Under the pieces are notes generated by a model. The model was not told the origin of the DNA, did not search any database, and worked only from the letters and a program-made list of their open reading frames with translations. DNA of 64,000 nt from Monocercomonoides exilis PA203. Its lineage: Eukaryota > Protista > Preaxostyla. Positions 12,663 through 25,100 of this stretch are shown here, piece after piece; the stretch's first letter is position 1, and every line of letters starts with the position of its first letter. Position numbers and translations under genes: made by a program. Location: contig LSRY02000001.1 in NCBI GenBank assembly GCA_001643675.2, positions 2,480,001-2,544,000 on the forward strand, given 5' to 3'.

Positions 12663-12666
<4 letters not shown>

Positions 12667-12706
<40 letters not shown>
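12667..12706 (+). repeat. (CT)n microsatellite
   Basis: Seen directly. Confidence 0.9.
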
Positions 12707-12709
<3 letters not shown>

Positions 12710-12966
12710 ACTGAAAATGAAGACGAAGCGAATTTTCCATTTCTTCAATAAAATTCTTCAAATTGTTTGTTCATCTTATCAAAATGAAAGCAGTTATTTT
12801 CCATTGAAGAGATCTTTTTCAACATTTTCTTTGTCCTTCGCTTCAGATTTCATTTGGAAGTATACGAAAATTTTCAATGAGAAAAGAAGAAGAGGAAGAA
12901 AAAGGAGATGATGACAATGATGAAGGTGTTGTTGAAGAAAAAGAAGAAGAAGAAGAAGAAGAAGAA

Positions 12967-13007
<41 letters not shown>

Positions 13008-13785
13008 ACGAAAGAAGAAGGGGCATCTGAGAGAGAAATGAAATGAAATGAGTTCGATGATGCTCTTTGGACGAGCTGGGAGACAAAGGCGAACAAGACT
13101 CATTTGAAGAAAATGCAGACATTATGAACAGATTCGAATTTCATAACAGCCAATTGCACGAACAGAAAACAGATTTATTTTGTGTTGCAACACAAGAATT
13201 TGATGATAATTCAGACAACAAATTCTCAAATATGAAGAATGTCTTTTTCCATCAGTCAAATTTTAAAAAATCTCGTCAATGAAGAGATCGGAGAAGAAGG
13301 AGAAGAAACAACATAATTCGCAAAAATGCTGATTGAAATGGATTGTCCCTGCGAATGACGCTCATTATAAAAAAATGCTGTTGTCTGGGAGAAAAATGAT
13401 TTAAAAAATACATAAAAATAATTAGTTTTGCATTGATTATAAAAATTCCTCAAAAGAACACATACACCCTCCCTATTGCAAAAGTAGAAGATTGCCCAAT
13501 CACTGATGCTGCCATTCTCCTTTTCCATTGTTTCCCTGTGATCCATTCTCTATCGTCCTTTTTTTCTCCATATATGTGCAACTTTTCATGTTGTCGTTTT
13601 CTTTTCTCATCAAAAATATATTTCCACATTCTATCTTTCCAAAAGCTGTTCGATTGTTATCATTCCTTTTCGCTCTCATCCAAATTCTTTTCAGTTGAAT
13701 TTGTTTTCATCCCCTCTCTTTTCCGAATATTAAAATATGCAATTTCAATCTGCTGATTGTCTCTCCGCACAACTCTCTTTTTATA

Positions 13786-14795
13786 GGGTGCATATTTTAT
13801 CTTGACCTCAATTTTTTATCTCAACCCTATTTTCTTGAAACTTATTTTTGCTTTTTTGATTTGTTAAAAGGCTTTAAACAAAAACAAAATAAATAGACTT
13901 CTTGATATTTTTGTTTTTCAGAATTCTGTTGAAAAAATTTTTGAAATTATTATGTATAAAAAGGTAATAAAAGTTTATATTATTTTAGGACCCAGATCAA
14001 AGACTTGCTGGCTGTGAAGCGAATATTTCATACTGAACGTTTTAAGCCATAGCATCATAATTCCGCATTCCTATATTATTATTTTTACTTGTTTTTAACA
14101 TTTTCTAATTTATTTTTGACCTTTTTTTCTCATATCACTGTTTTTGCTTAAAACACGATTTTTTTAATAAACAAGTGTTTGTGTCAAATTTCATTTAAAT
14201 GAAAAAAATACACGAAGTCTTAATTATCGTTTATTTGTATTAAGTTTTGAAATGAAAAGGAACTTTTCAAGGATATTAACTAAAAAGCAAGTACATATGA
14301 TTTTTTTGTTATTCAAATTACCAAGCATATACAAATAAATAATCGTTTTAACATACAAGAATCGTTCTATTTTAATAATGTTTATTTATCATTTCAATAA
14401 ATTTCAAAACAAATTCATATTTGTCCTTAAAATCGTGTTTTTTGAAAAAATGTGTGAAATGAGAAAAAATGATAAAAAAACAAGTTAAGAAAGTTTCAAA
14501 TAACTAAAACATATAAAAAATAAACGATGTATTATGATATGAAAGCTTAAAACTTCCAATACAAAATATTCGCTGATTAAGCAGCAAGTCAATGATCAAA
14601 ACAAAAAACTATTACAATCCTCGATCTTTTTGAAAAACATGAAATATTGGAAAAAAAATACAAAATAAGGAAATTAAAACATTTCAAACATTTCTGGTTA
14701 TTTTTTATTTATCGCAGGCTTGTGTAAAGCTAAAAGTGTTGCAAAAAAGAAAAAGGTCAAGATAAAGAAAAAAGGTCAAGATAAAATTATAGCCC
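13786..14795. mobile_element. 1010-bp older foldback/MITE-like element with diverged inverted arms and TA flanks
   Basis: Left end TA|GGGTGCATATTTTATCTTGACC; right end (reverse complement) TA|GGGCTATAATTTTATCTTGACC. Symmetric internal inverted matches at 13995-14060 vs 14531-14597 and AAAACACGATTTT (~14150) vs AAAATCGTGTTTT (~14430). Confidence 0.8.
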
Positions 14796-15342
14796 TATTC
14801 TCCTCAGAAAAGCAAATGAATGGCCATTTATATAATTTATCAGATTCCTGGACTCTGAGAAGGCCACAAATGAAAAAATCTTTGAAATAAACAAGAACAA
14901 TTAAAAAAATGCAAACATCATAATTTTCATATGTTTTTTTGAATTGCGAATTTTCTTTTAAGATGCTTTTCATAAAAATCACCTTGCTTTATTCCATCAC
15001 CAATTCCCCACCGCAACTGTCTCGTGCCAACGCACAAAATAATATCGCCTATCCTGCAGAAAATATTCGCTAAATGATCTTTTAATCAAAGAAATTGTAT
15101 TCAAGTTCATGGATAATTATTTGATCAGTGAATCCATTACAAATAAAGAAAAATAAAAAAAGCATTGTTTCTTTTATAATTCTTTGTTAAAGATGGCAAT
15201 TCAGGAAAGAACGGTTTAAATGCATTTATTTTTATAACTGACTTGAGTTTTTATTTTCCATTTATTTCTTCTATCCTTACGAATGTGAATTCAATGTAAA
15301 TATCAATATGATGTCGTTTTCAAAATAAAATGTTTTATAAAA

Positions 15343-16819
15343 ATGAAGGAGACGGATAACACAATAAAGTTCAGTAGTATGCATTCGTTATTGCATTTGA
15401 ATTCATGTTTATTGCGATTCTTTCCTTTTTTATTGAAGAATTATTTTCAGAGCTTGAACATTGCAATGAAGATGAACAGAAACAGAAAATCCTTGAAGTG
15501 AATGAGATCATTGATAAAATGGACAGAGAAGAATTTATATCCGTTTTTTCAGAAAAACTGTTCAGTGAAATCAACACAATGATTGAGGAAAAGAAACTTT
15601 TTTGGGGAAATGCCATTCTGTTACTGAAGCATGTTGGATTTTGGAATATACTTAAAGCAATTTGGATTTGTGGCTTTGAAAAATCTTCGTTGATCAAAGG
15701 ATTTGAAAAGATGATTATTGAAGAAGAAAAGAAGAAAGAAGAAAAGGATGAAAATTATCTTGTTGACCTTTGCAAATGCTATCTTATGCATTTATCCTTA
15801 CAACCTTCGGAATTGTTTTCAATCTGTGTGCCCTGCCTGTTGAAATTTGCCTTGAAGAAAGAGGAAAGCAAAGAAACACAAAAAGAAGTGGAGATAACTT
15901 TGCTGGCTTTAAGCAATATTGATAATTATGTATGAGCATTTCTATTTCATTTTTGAAGTTATTTATTTATTTTTCTGATTTTAATTAGAAAATTGAAAAA
16001 GAGCTGTATTTGAATGAAATCAAAGAGATAATCCAATATCATCAGGAACATCACAATCTCACACAACTTGCATATCAATCTGTTTGGGAATTTTTAATAA
16101 ACAGGTTCTTCGATGATCACAGCTTGGAAGAAGTTATTGTAAATGAGTTTCATTTTATGAGAGAGGCAACAAGAGAACTGGAAGAATTGATAAAACAAAT
16201 AGATTGGAAGAGAAAAAAAGAGGAAAAAGGCGGAAAAGAAACGAATGTTCAACTTTTTTCGATGAGATGGATGCAAGTATTGTATTTTTATTTATTAGAA
16301 TGCACATTGTGGAATGAGGAATGCCTGGGGCTAATCAACAGCATTACAAGGCTGTTGAGAGTAACAAAAGACAATTACAGAAAAATTAGCAGGAAATGCA
16401 TTTGTCTGCTAAAAAATACGGCGAGAAGCAGAGCGGTGAAAGTTGATGACTTGCTGGAAGGAGGAGCCATCGATGATATTTTGGAGGGAATTCAGGAGCC
16501 AACGTTAAATGACGAAATGGTATTTCATAGCTTGGATTTTTTTACGAATATTTTTGAGAGATTGAAAAAAGAGGAGAATGATGAAATGGAAGAAGACGAA
16601 GACGAAATAGAAGAGGAGGATTATGAAAAGGAAGAAAAGGAGGATGATGAAAGTGAAAAAATGAAAAGAAAGGAAGCAAAAAGGAAAGTGCTTGAAAAGA
16701 TTGAAGAAGAGGGATATGAAGATACCATCACAAGCTTTCATGAAAATTTAGATTTTCTATGCAATGAATTTTATCCTCTTTTATCATTAAATGTTTCAGA
16801 TTATTTTGTGAAAATTTAA
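15343..16819 (+). CDS. Expanded-family helical (possibly ARM/HEAT-like) protein, copy 2, intact, 451 aa, 3 exons
   Basis: Exons 15343-15376, 15439-15929 and 15989-16819 are joined by GT..AG introns in a consistent frame (MKETDNTIKFS-KLFSELEHC...DNY-KIEKELYLNEIKEIIQYHQEHHNLT). It ends DYFVKI-TAA. Confidence 0.88.
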
Positions 16820-18569
16820 GGAAATGTTTAATTGCGCCAAACAATTTTATTCTTTTTTTCATTCGTTTCACACTTTGTCAAACGCTAAAACAACCTTTTT
16901 TTTTCTTTTTTTTATAGGTTTTTTGTTAAACAATAATTTTCAATGTTTTTTTAATGCGATTCAGCTTCAGTGTCTATTTTCAAATAAACAAAGAAATTTC
17001 CTGATCTTTCATATATGAATAATCTTTGCAACGTTGTTTTTTTCATTAAGCTGTTTTCAAAGATTGTGATTAATCGAATAATAATCATAAAAAGTTTGTT
17101 ATTGAAAATGGAAATTATCTTTTTTTTTAGTGGAAAAGCAAAGGAATGGATAAGAAAAGACAAATTTTAATTTGAAATATTTCTCATCAAATACGTCGAA
17201 ATATTTGGTTTTCTGAAATAGACAAAGATTTGATCCAAAAATTTCCAACACTTTTGTTATTATTAGTCTTGCATTCTAATGCATAAAAATATAAATAATC
17301 AAATAATTAAGAAAAATATATGAAAATATCATGTGGAACAGAATTCATAAAGCAAAATATTTTGCCCCATGTCTGAATTTGAAAACAGTTAAATGTTGTT
17401 TATTCAATTTTATCGTTTAATCCATCAAACTTTATCCTTTTGCCAATTGAAATACACAAGCCTATTTGAAGCGAGATTTTTTGTAGAGAAATGAAGTTTG
17501 ATGGATGTAAAGAAAAAAATGATCAAATAAGAAATAGTTTCATTTAACCCATATAATATTCTTTTGCGACTTTTCAAAAAGAATAACCCTTATGTTTTGC
17601 TATTGATTGTTCATTTTATCAGACACATAACAATCACAACAAAACAAAAATTTTGGCATCATGTTTTCGTCATATCGATTATCTATTATTTTGTTTCGTT
17701 TTGCAAGCTGCAATTGTTTTCTTATTTCAACATATTCCTTATTGAAACAATTTATTAATATATTTCCAAGAGGTATTTGTTTGTTTTCGATCTGCTTTTT
17801 TTGATTCTTTGAAAACAAAGAATAAATTTTATTTATTCAGAAACTGAAGAATCTGACACAAAAAAAACCTTTCATATGGGACGAAATTTTTAGATTTGTG
17901 AATACTGTTCCATTTAAGGCTTTCAAAGATTTCTCTCAACTATATTATATTTGTTCATTTTTTCCCCATGAAAATGGAAAAATAATTATCAAAAATATGC
18001 AGAAAAAGTTTGGAACAAATCATTGCTTTTTTCATAAATGAAAGAATTTTGTCCCAAATAAATAAAGCTAAAAAAGCAGAAAGAAAATTTCTGTTGTTCA
18101 ATAAAATTTCACACAAAATGCAAAAAGAATTGAAAAGATAAACACTGATGTTCGAAACATGTTTGTTTTAGCGGTATTTTTCTATTGAAAGCTTGTGGGA
18201 AAAAATGTTTGGAGAAATTTACATTAACGTTTTCAGAAACGTTTCTCCAGATTTTTGAATGATGTAAACAATACAATAACAGAATAATATAATACTTTCA
18301 TAACTTGCAAGACTTGTTATTTTATCTCAAAGATGATGCACTGAAATAAAAATAAATATTAAATTTTAAAATATGCCAAACAACAAATTCTTTCAATCCC
18401 ACAAATTTCTCTGCCACATATGAATGCTCTCCCATCAAAAAAAGTTGAAATATGAGATTTGAATATCATTATACGAATACTCAATTCTCATTTGAAAATT
18501 AAAATGGAGGGGAAAAAAAAAAAAAATTAAAATTAAAATTAAAATATTAAATCGTCTGAAAAATAAATT

Positions 18570-19172
18570 TTATTCTCCCATCACCCAAGATTCTTCTCTA
18601 ACTGCTTCGCGCTTCTCCTCATCCAACGCAAATTTGTTCAGCCGAAGCGAGTCAAACGCAATCTTCAGGTTTAACCATTATTTAATAAATAATGAAATAG
18701 AATGAAAATTAAATTAAATTAAATTAAATAAAAAATAATTCTTAAAATTTTTAAGAAATAATTGAATCATACAATCAAAAAAGTATGTTGCGATTCTTCT
18801 TCTTTTTTCTCTTTCTCTTTTCCTTTTCGTTTTCCCTCTCTTTCTTCTTCTTCCTCTTCTTCTTCCTCATTTTCCTTCTCCTTTACTTCTTTCTCTTTCT
18901 CTTTCTCTTTCTCTTTCTCTTTCTCTTTCTCCTTCTCCTTCTTCTCCTTCTTCTCTTCTTTCTTCTCTTCTTTCTTCTTCTTCTCCTTCGCAAACACAGC
19001 AATTGATGCTGTTTTCAATGCATTTTGGTCATCAAACATGTTTTTGTGCAGTTGGATGATCGAATCTTTCACTGGAGCATATTCTTTGATTGAAGGAGGA
19101 GGAGGAGGAGGAGGAGGAGGAGAAGAAGAAGAAGAAGAAGAAGAAGAAGAAGAAGAAGAAGAAGAAGAAGAA

Positions 19173-19204
<32 letters not shown>

Positions 19205-20064
19205 AGAAGAGGAAGAGGAAGAAGAAGATAAAGAAAGTTTTTCTTCTTTTTCTTTTTCCTTTTCTTCTTCTTCTCCTTCTCCTTTTATTAATTCTTCTTC
19301 TTCTTCTTCTTTGTTCATCCAATCAAATTGAGGAAGTTTCCACACATGAACAGTCTTTGTGGAGCCTGTGGCAGCCAAAAGAGAAGAACTTGGTGAAAAA
19401 GCAAGTGCTGATTAGAAGAAGAAAAAGAAGAAGAAGAAGAAAGAGAAAGAGAAGAGGAAAAAGAAAGAGAGGAAGAAGAAAAGAGAAGAAAAGAAATAGA
19501 AGAGAGAAAGGAAGAAGAAAGAGAAGAAAGAGAAGAAAGTGGAGAAAGTGGAGAAAGAGGAGAAAGAGGAGAAAGAGAAGAAATAAATAAATAAATAAAA
19601 ACAAATAAAAAAGAAAATAAAGCAAACAATAAATATCTGAGCCAGTAGCGAATAAAGTCGATTTTTTTGTCCTCCACAAGATGACAGCACGAGAAGCAGA
19701 AGGAAGAGAAAAGATACATACACTTAATCCCTTTTAGATGAAGAGAAAGAAGAAGAAGAGAAAGAGAAGAAAATAAATAAATAAATAAATAAAAGAAGAA
19801 GAAAAAGAAGAAGAGGAAGAAGAAGATGATGATGAAGAGAAAGAAGAGAAGAAAGAGAAAGAGAAAGAGAAGAGGAAAAAGAAAGAGAGGAAAAAGAAAA
19901 GAGAAGAAAAGAAATAGAAGAGAAAGAACAAAAAGATAAGAGAAAGAGAAATAATAATAATAATAATCAAAGAAAAAATATGCAAAAAATAAATAAATAT
20001 AAAGCAATTAATACCATAATCTTAATAACACTATCATAAAAAATTCTCTTTCTATTTCTCTTTC

Positions 20065-20130
<66 letters not shown>

Positions 20131-21418
20131 TCCCCCTCCCCCACACACATTATAAGCAGCAGCAGCAACTAACTTCCCATCCAATGAAACAGCAACCGTT
20201 CTGACTCCTGGTTCATCTAACACTCCAATCCTCACATATTCTCTTATTTTCTTTTTTTCTTCTCTTTCTCTTTCTCTTTCTCTTTCTCTTTCTCTTTCTC
20301 TTTCTCTTTCTCTTTCTTCTTCTTCTTCTTTCTCTTCTTTTTCTTTCTCTTCTTTTTTATTCTTTTTTAATTCGTTGTTTTCCTTTTTCCGGCCGAATAA
20401 ACCAGTTTTGGGTGTTTGAGGATGGACAATAGAGTAAATGTTGAAGGTTGGGGGAACTAAATAAATAGATAAACAAAAATAAAAACAAAAATAAAAATTA
20501 TATAAATAAAAATTTTTGTTAAAATATTATTAAATATTAAATTGTTTAGAAAAAATGAAAAAAATTCTTGATAAACACATTCCCAAAAAGAAATAAAAGA
20601 AAAATTGAAAATATGTGTATAATATATTTTTTAAAATATGCTTAAAATTCTCTTTCATTGCTAAAACCTTCACCGCATGGTTGAGCAAAAGGTGACTGAT
20701 CCGAAATATCAACAGTAGCAATTTCTCCTTTTCCGCTGGATTGAATTGGGAAAATAAGATAATTCAACGAACAACTTGGGCTTATATCCGCATCTGTACA
20801 GAATGGTGTGAGGGCAACATTTCGATTCGTAAACTGAACAGGTTTCAATTTTCCATCCGGTTCTGAAGGAAGAAAATGGAAAATAACAAAATTAGAATTA
20901 GAATGAAATGAAATATGAATATTAACAAACTTGCATGTATTATGCAAAGATATTTTCCTTGCATATTAAATATATGAATCATTTCTTTAAAGACAATGAC
21001 AATTCTTTGAAAATTTCAGATAAAATAGAAATTGACAATTACAATAAAAATTTAACCTTGTTTTGTTGAAAAGCACATTGACAGGAGCTTCAGGAAGAAG
21101 GATACGCATTGCCTCTTGCTGTTTCACAATGTGAAATATTGAAAAGTAAAATTTTTCATTTTCCTTATCTTCCCACCCAAAGCCAATTAAGGCAGACGCC
21201 ATATATTGACGACAGCAAATAATGTTACCTGGAGCTTGAACTGTTAATTCAATATTCATAGCAGAAAAATTAATGATGAAAAAATTTGCTATCAAACTGT
21301 TCCCAAGTCGTGAACGTGAATTTGTATCAAATAATTCTATCTTATCTCCTTTTGCAATAAGATAAGTTGTTCCAAATTGATTAAACGAAAAGATAACGTT
21401 AGATGATTCTTTTTCCAT
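18570..21418 (-). CDS. ATG18: Divergent Atg18/WIPI (PROPPIN) WD40 beta-propeller protein, multi-exon, with poly-Ser/Pro and E/K insertions
   Basis: The spliced translation gives PROPPIN-like blocks in order: FSFNQ; VNVLFNKTR-IVIVFKEMIHIFNM; AVSLDGKLVAAAAYN-GLSVCIFSLPS; IYSLAFSPSSSLLAATGSTKTVHVWKL. The last exon reads IAFDSLRLNKFALD..GE-TAA. Assignment to Atg18 versus Hsv2/WIPI3-4 is not resolved. Confidence 0.75.
19093..19228 (+). repeat. (GGA)n-(GAA)n compound microsatellite encoding poly-Ser then poly-Pro on the minus strand
   Basis: Seen directly, inside ORF 18767-19378. Confidence 0.9.
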
Positions 21419-22147
21419 TGAAAAATCTTCTTTAGGGTGTTTGATCAAATCAAAATGAGTCTTTTGTAAGAAACATTTTTCTTATCCAAAAATTGTTTAC
21501 GAAATTTGAAATAATTATTATTTGTATGCATTTCATTCGATTTGGAATAAAAAAATCTAACAAAATAAAATACACAATTCAAGTTTCAAGTACCAATTCA
21601 TATAAAAATAAGGATAACGAAGGTCAAACAATGTAACAGGAAAAATGGAAGTGTATAAAAAATGGCGGTGAATTCAATGTGTATGAAGATGGGACCAGCA
21701 AACGGAAATTAAAAACAATTAGAGGAAAAAAAAATAAGATATATAAAAAAATAAAAATTAAAAATTCATAAAATAAAAAAATTAAAAAAATAACCTTAAT
21801 TGTCAATTACGTTCTCTTTAAAACACGCAAAAAAAATTAATTGGGAGGAAACGCTTCAAGTCAAATCGAATGAAACAAAATTATTTAAATTCTATTAATT
21901 TATTTTTGAAATTTAATTTTTGTCTTTTGGAAAAAAATATATAAAAAATGAAAAAAATAAAAATGAAAATTCATAAAAAAATCATAAATAAAATAAAAAA
22001 AAAACATAAATTGCCATTCTCCTAAAGCACATCAAACACACATTTGTGGCATTTCATTCAAACATATTTTTATCTTCACTTCCTTCTTCTTCCCCTCTTC
22101 CATTCTTCCCCTCTTCTCCTTCTCTCTCTCTTCCTTTCTCTTTCTCT

Positions 22148-25100
22148 CTATCTTTCATACTTCCACCCATTCTCCCCGTGATACACCATCATCTTCGTCA
22201 TGCCCCCATCCACAGTTATCTCTTCTCCTGTCATAAACGATGCCCCTTCACTCAACAGAAACATGACAACATTTGCTACGTCTTCACACCTCCCAACTCT
22301 TCCAATAGGATGCTGGAGATGGTCTGAAAGAGACGTGGCAGGGAAAAGAGCGGAAGATGGAGAAGGAGAAGAAGAAGAAGATTTGTTCTTCTTCTCTTTC
22401 TCTTTCTCTTTCTCTCCTTCCTTTCCTTCTCCCTCTTCCTCTTCTTCTTCCTCTCTCCCTCTCTGATACGCCCCCGTCTCAATCCAACCAGGAGCAATAG
22501 CATTCACTCTAATTTTGGGTCCTAAGGAAATGGCTAAAGAGCGTGTGAGGGAGGAAATGCCGCCTTTGGAGGCAGTATAAGCTTCTGTGTCTGGCTGGGA
22601 CATCACACTGCGTGTGGAGGAAATGTTAATAATGCAGCCACAGGAAGAAGGGAAAGAAAACGGAAAAGAATGAAAAGAGGAAGAGGAAGAGGAAGAGGAA
22701 GAGGAAGAGGAAGAGGGAAAAGAGGAGGAGGAGAAAGAACAATAAGGATTAATGTGTTGATTTTGATTAAATGATTTTGATTTATTGCATTTCCCTTTTT
22801 CTCCTTCTCTTTCTCTTTCTTCTTCTTCTCCTTCTTCCTCTTCCTCTTCTTCTTCTTCTTCCTCTTCATCCTCCCCAAACAAAGGCAGCAACAACATACT
22901 TAAATAATACGGAGCCAAAATTCCTAATTTTAAAGATTTTTCAAATTGAGCATAAGAACAATTAGACAAAATACCACTTCCTTCTTCTTTGGAAGGAAAA
23001 TACATAGCATTGTTTATAAGAGCATAGATGTGGTGGGATTGGAGAGGAGGAGGAAGAGAGGAAGGGGAGGAAGAAGAGGAAAGAGAAGAAGAAGAAGATG
23101 ATGATGATGACGATGCTTTAGTTTCTTTTTCTTTATTTTCTTCTTTATTTTCTTTATTTTCTTCTTTGTTTTCTTTCTTCTCTTCTTTCTCTTCTTCCTT
23201 CTCTTCTTCCTTCTTTTCTTTCCTCTTCTTCATCTTCTTTCCTATACTCAATCTGTCTTCTATAATCTTTACAAATCTTTCTAAATCTTCTTGTTTCGAG
23301 GCATCTCCTTCTACAAATATCAAATGAGGAATATAAACTTCTTCTTCTTTTACTTCTTCTTTATTTTCTTTTTCTTTCTTTATTTCCTTTATTTCTTCTT
23401 TATCTTTTAATTCTTTAATTTCTTCCTTTAATTCTTCTTTCTTTTCCTCTTCTTCTTCTTCTTTATTTATTTCTTTTTCTTTCATTTCTTCTTTATTTTC
23501 TTTTTCTTTTTCTTCTTTCACCTCTTCTTCTTTCGTCTTTTCGTCTTTATTTTCTTCTTCTTTAATATCTTCTTGTTTTTCTTCTTTATTTTCTTTATTT
23601 TCCTCTTTTATTTCTTCTTCTTTCACATTTTCTTCTTTCTTTTCTTCTTCTTTTCCTTTCTCTTCTTCTTTTATTTCCTCTTTTCCTTCTTCTTTCTCTT
23701 TCTCTTCTTCTTTATTTTCTTCTTTATTTTCGTTTTCTTCTTTATTTTCCATCTTTTCTTCTTCTTCTTCTTTCTTCTTCTCTTCTTCAATTTCTTCTTT
23801 CTCTTTTGTTTCTTCTTCTTCTTTCTCTTCTTCTTTTCCTTCTTCCTTCTCATTTTCAACTTTTTCTTTCGTTTCTTCTTCCCTTTTCTCTTCTTCTTCC
23901 TTCTTTTCAATAACTTTTTCTTCTTTATCTTCCTTCTTCTCTTTCACTTCTTCTTCATTTTCTTCCTCAATCTTCTCTCTCTTTCTTCTTCTCTCTCTTT
24001 CTTCTTCCCATTCTTTTTCCATTTTTTCCCCTCCTTTTTGATCCACATCCATAACAAATATATCTGCCCCTGCTGTTAACATCATTTCTACACAGCATCT
24101 TCCGATCCCATTTACCCCTCCCGTAATTACACATATTTTGCCTTCCAAATTAGGAAGCGGAAAACGCACTGAATTTTTTTTGGGTTTTGGTTTGAAACCT
24201 GTTAATTTGGATTGTTTTTGGGATTTTCCAACTAATTTTAAGTCTTCCTTATTTTCTCCAATTAATTTTGAATTAATTTCAAAATTTTTATTATTTTTAT
24301 TATTTTCCTCAATTTTCATTGGATTGGATGTGATCGGACCCTCAAAATATTTTTTAGGGGTTTGATCATCTTTTGGATTAAATTCTTTGAAGGAAGGAGG
24401 AGGAAGATGAGAAGAAGAAGAAGAAGATGTTGTTGTTGTTGAATATGGATGAGGATAAGAAGAAGAAGGAGGAGGATATGAAGGATATGAAGAAGAGGGG
24501 CATGAAGAAGGATTAGGATAAGCACAAGCAACAGAATTAATTGTGGGAAATGTTACCGGTAAATTAGATGGATATGAAGTGGGAGAAGAAGAAGAAGAAT
24601 AAGAATTAACAGAAGGATTTATTTGATTTAATTGATTTAATGGGTTTGTTTGTTTTCCCATCATCGTCATTGGATAAGGATATTGCATAGATTGCACAGA
24701 TTGTGGTTGAATTGGATATATTCCTTGTGTTTGCATAGAAGAAGAAGGAGAAGAAGAAGGATTTATAGAAGGATTATTAGAAAATTGAGTATTAACAGCC
24801 ATTTTCCCTGTATCTTGGTGAGGAAAAGAAGAAGAAGAAGAAGGAAGAGGAAGAGGATATTGAGAAAGAGGTTGAATTGGAGGTTGAGAAGAAGGATATT
24901 GCGGTTGAATTTGTGGTTGTAATTGTGGTTGGATATTAGAAGGAATATAAGATTGAGGCTGAATTTGAGGTTGAGGCTGAAGATTTGACTGTATTTGAGG
25001 TTGAATTTGAGAAGATGGGTATTGAGATTGTGATTGAGGTTGAGGTTGAGGTTGAATTGGAGGTTGAAGATTAGATTGATATTGAGGCTGAATTTGTGGT

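Noticed and set aside
11920-13760. Possible gene or composite-transposon cargo between the two foldback elements
   Set aside because: Only short broken ORFs and microsatellites are present, and the two elements have different terminal motifs and each has its own TA flanks.
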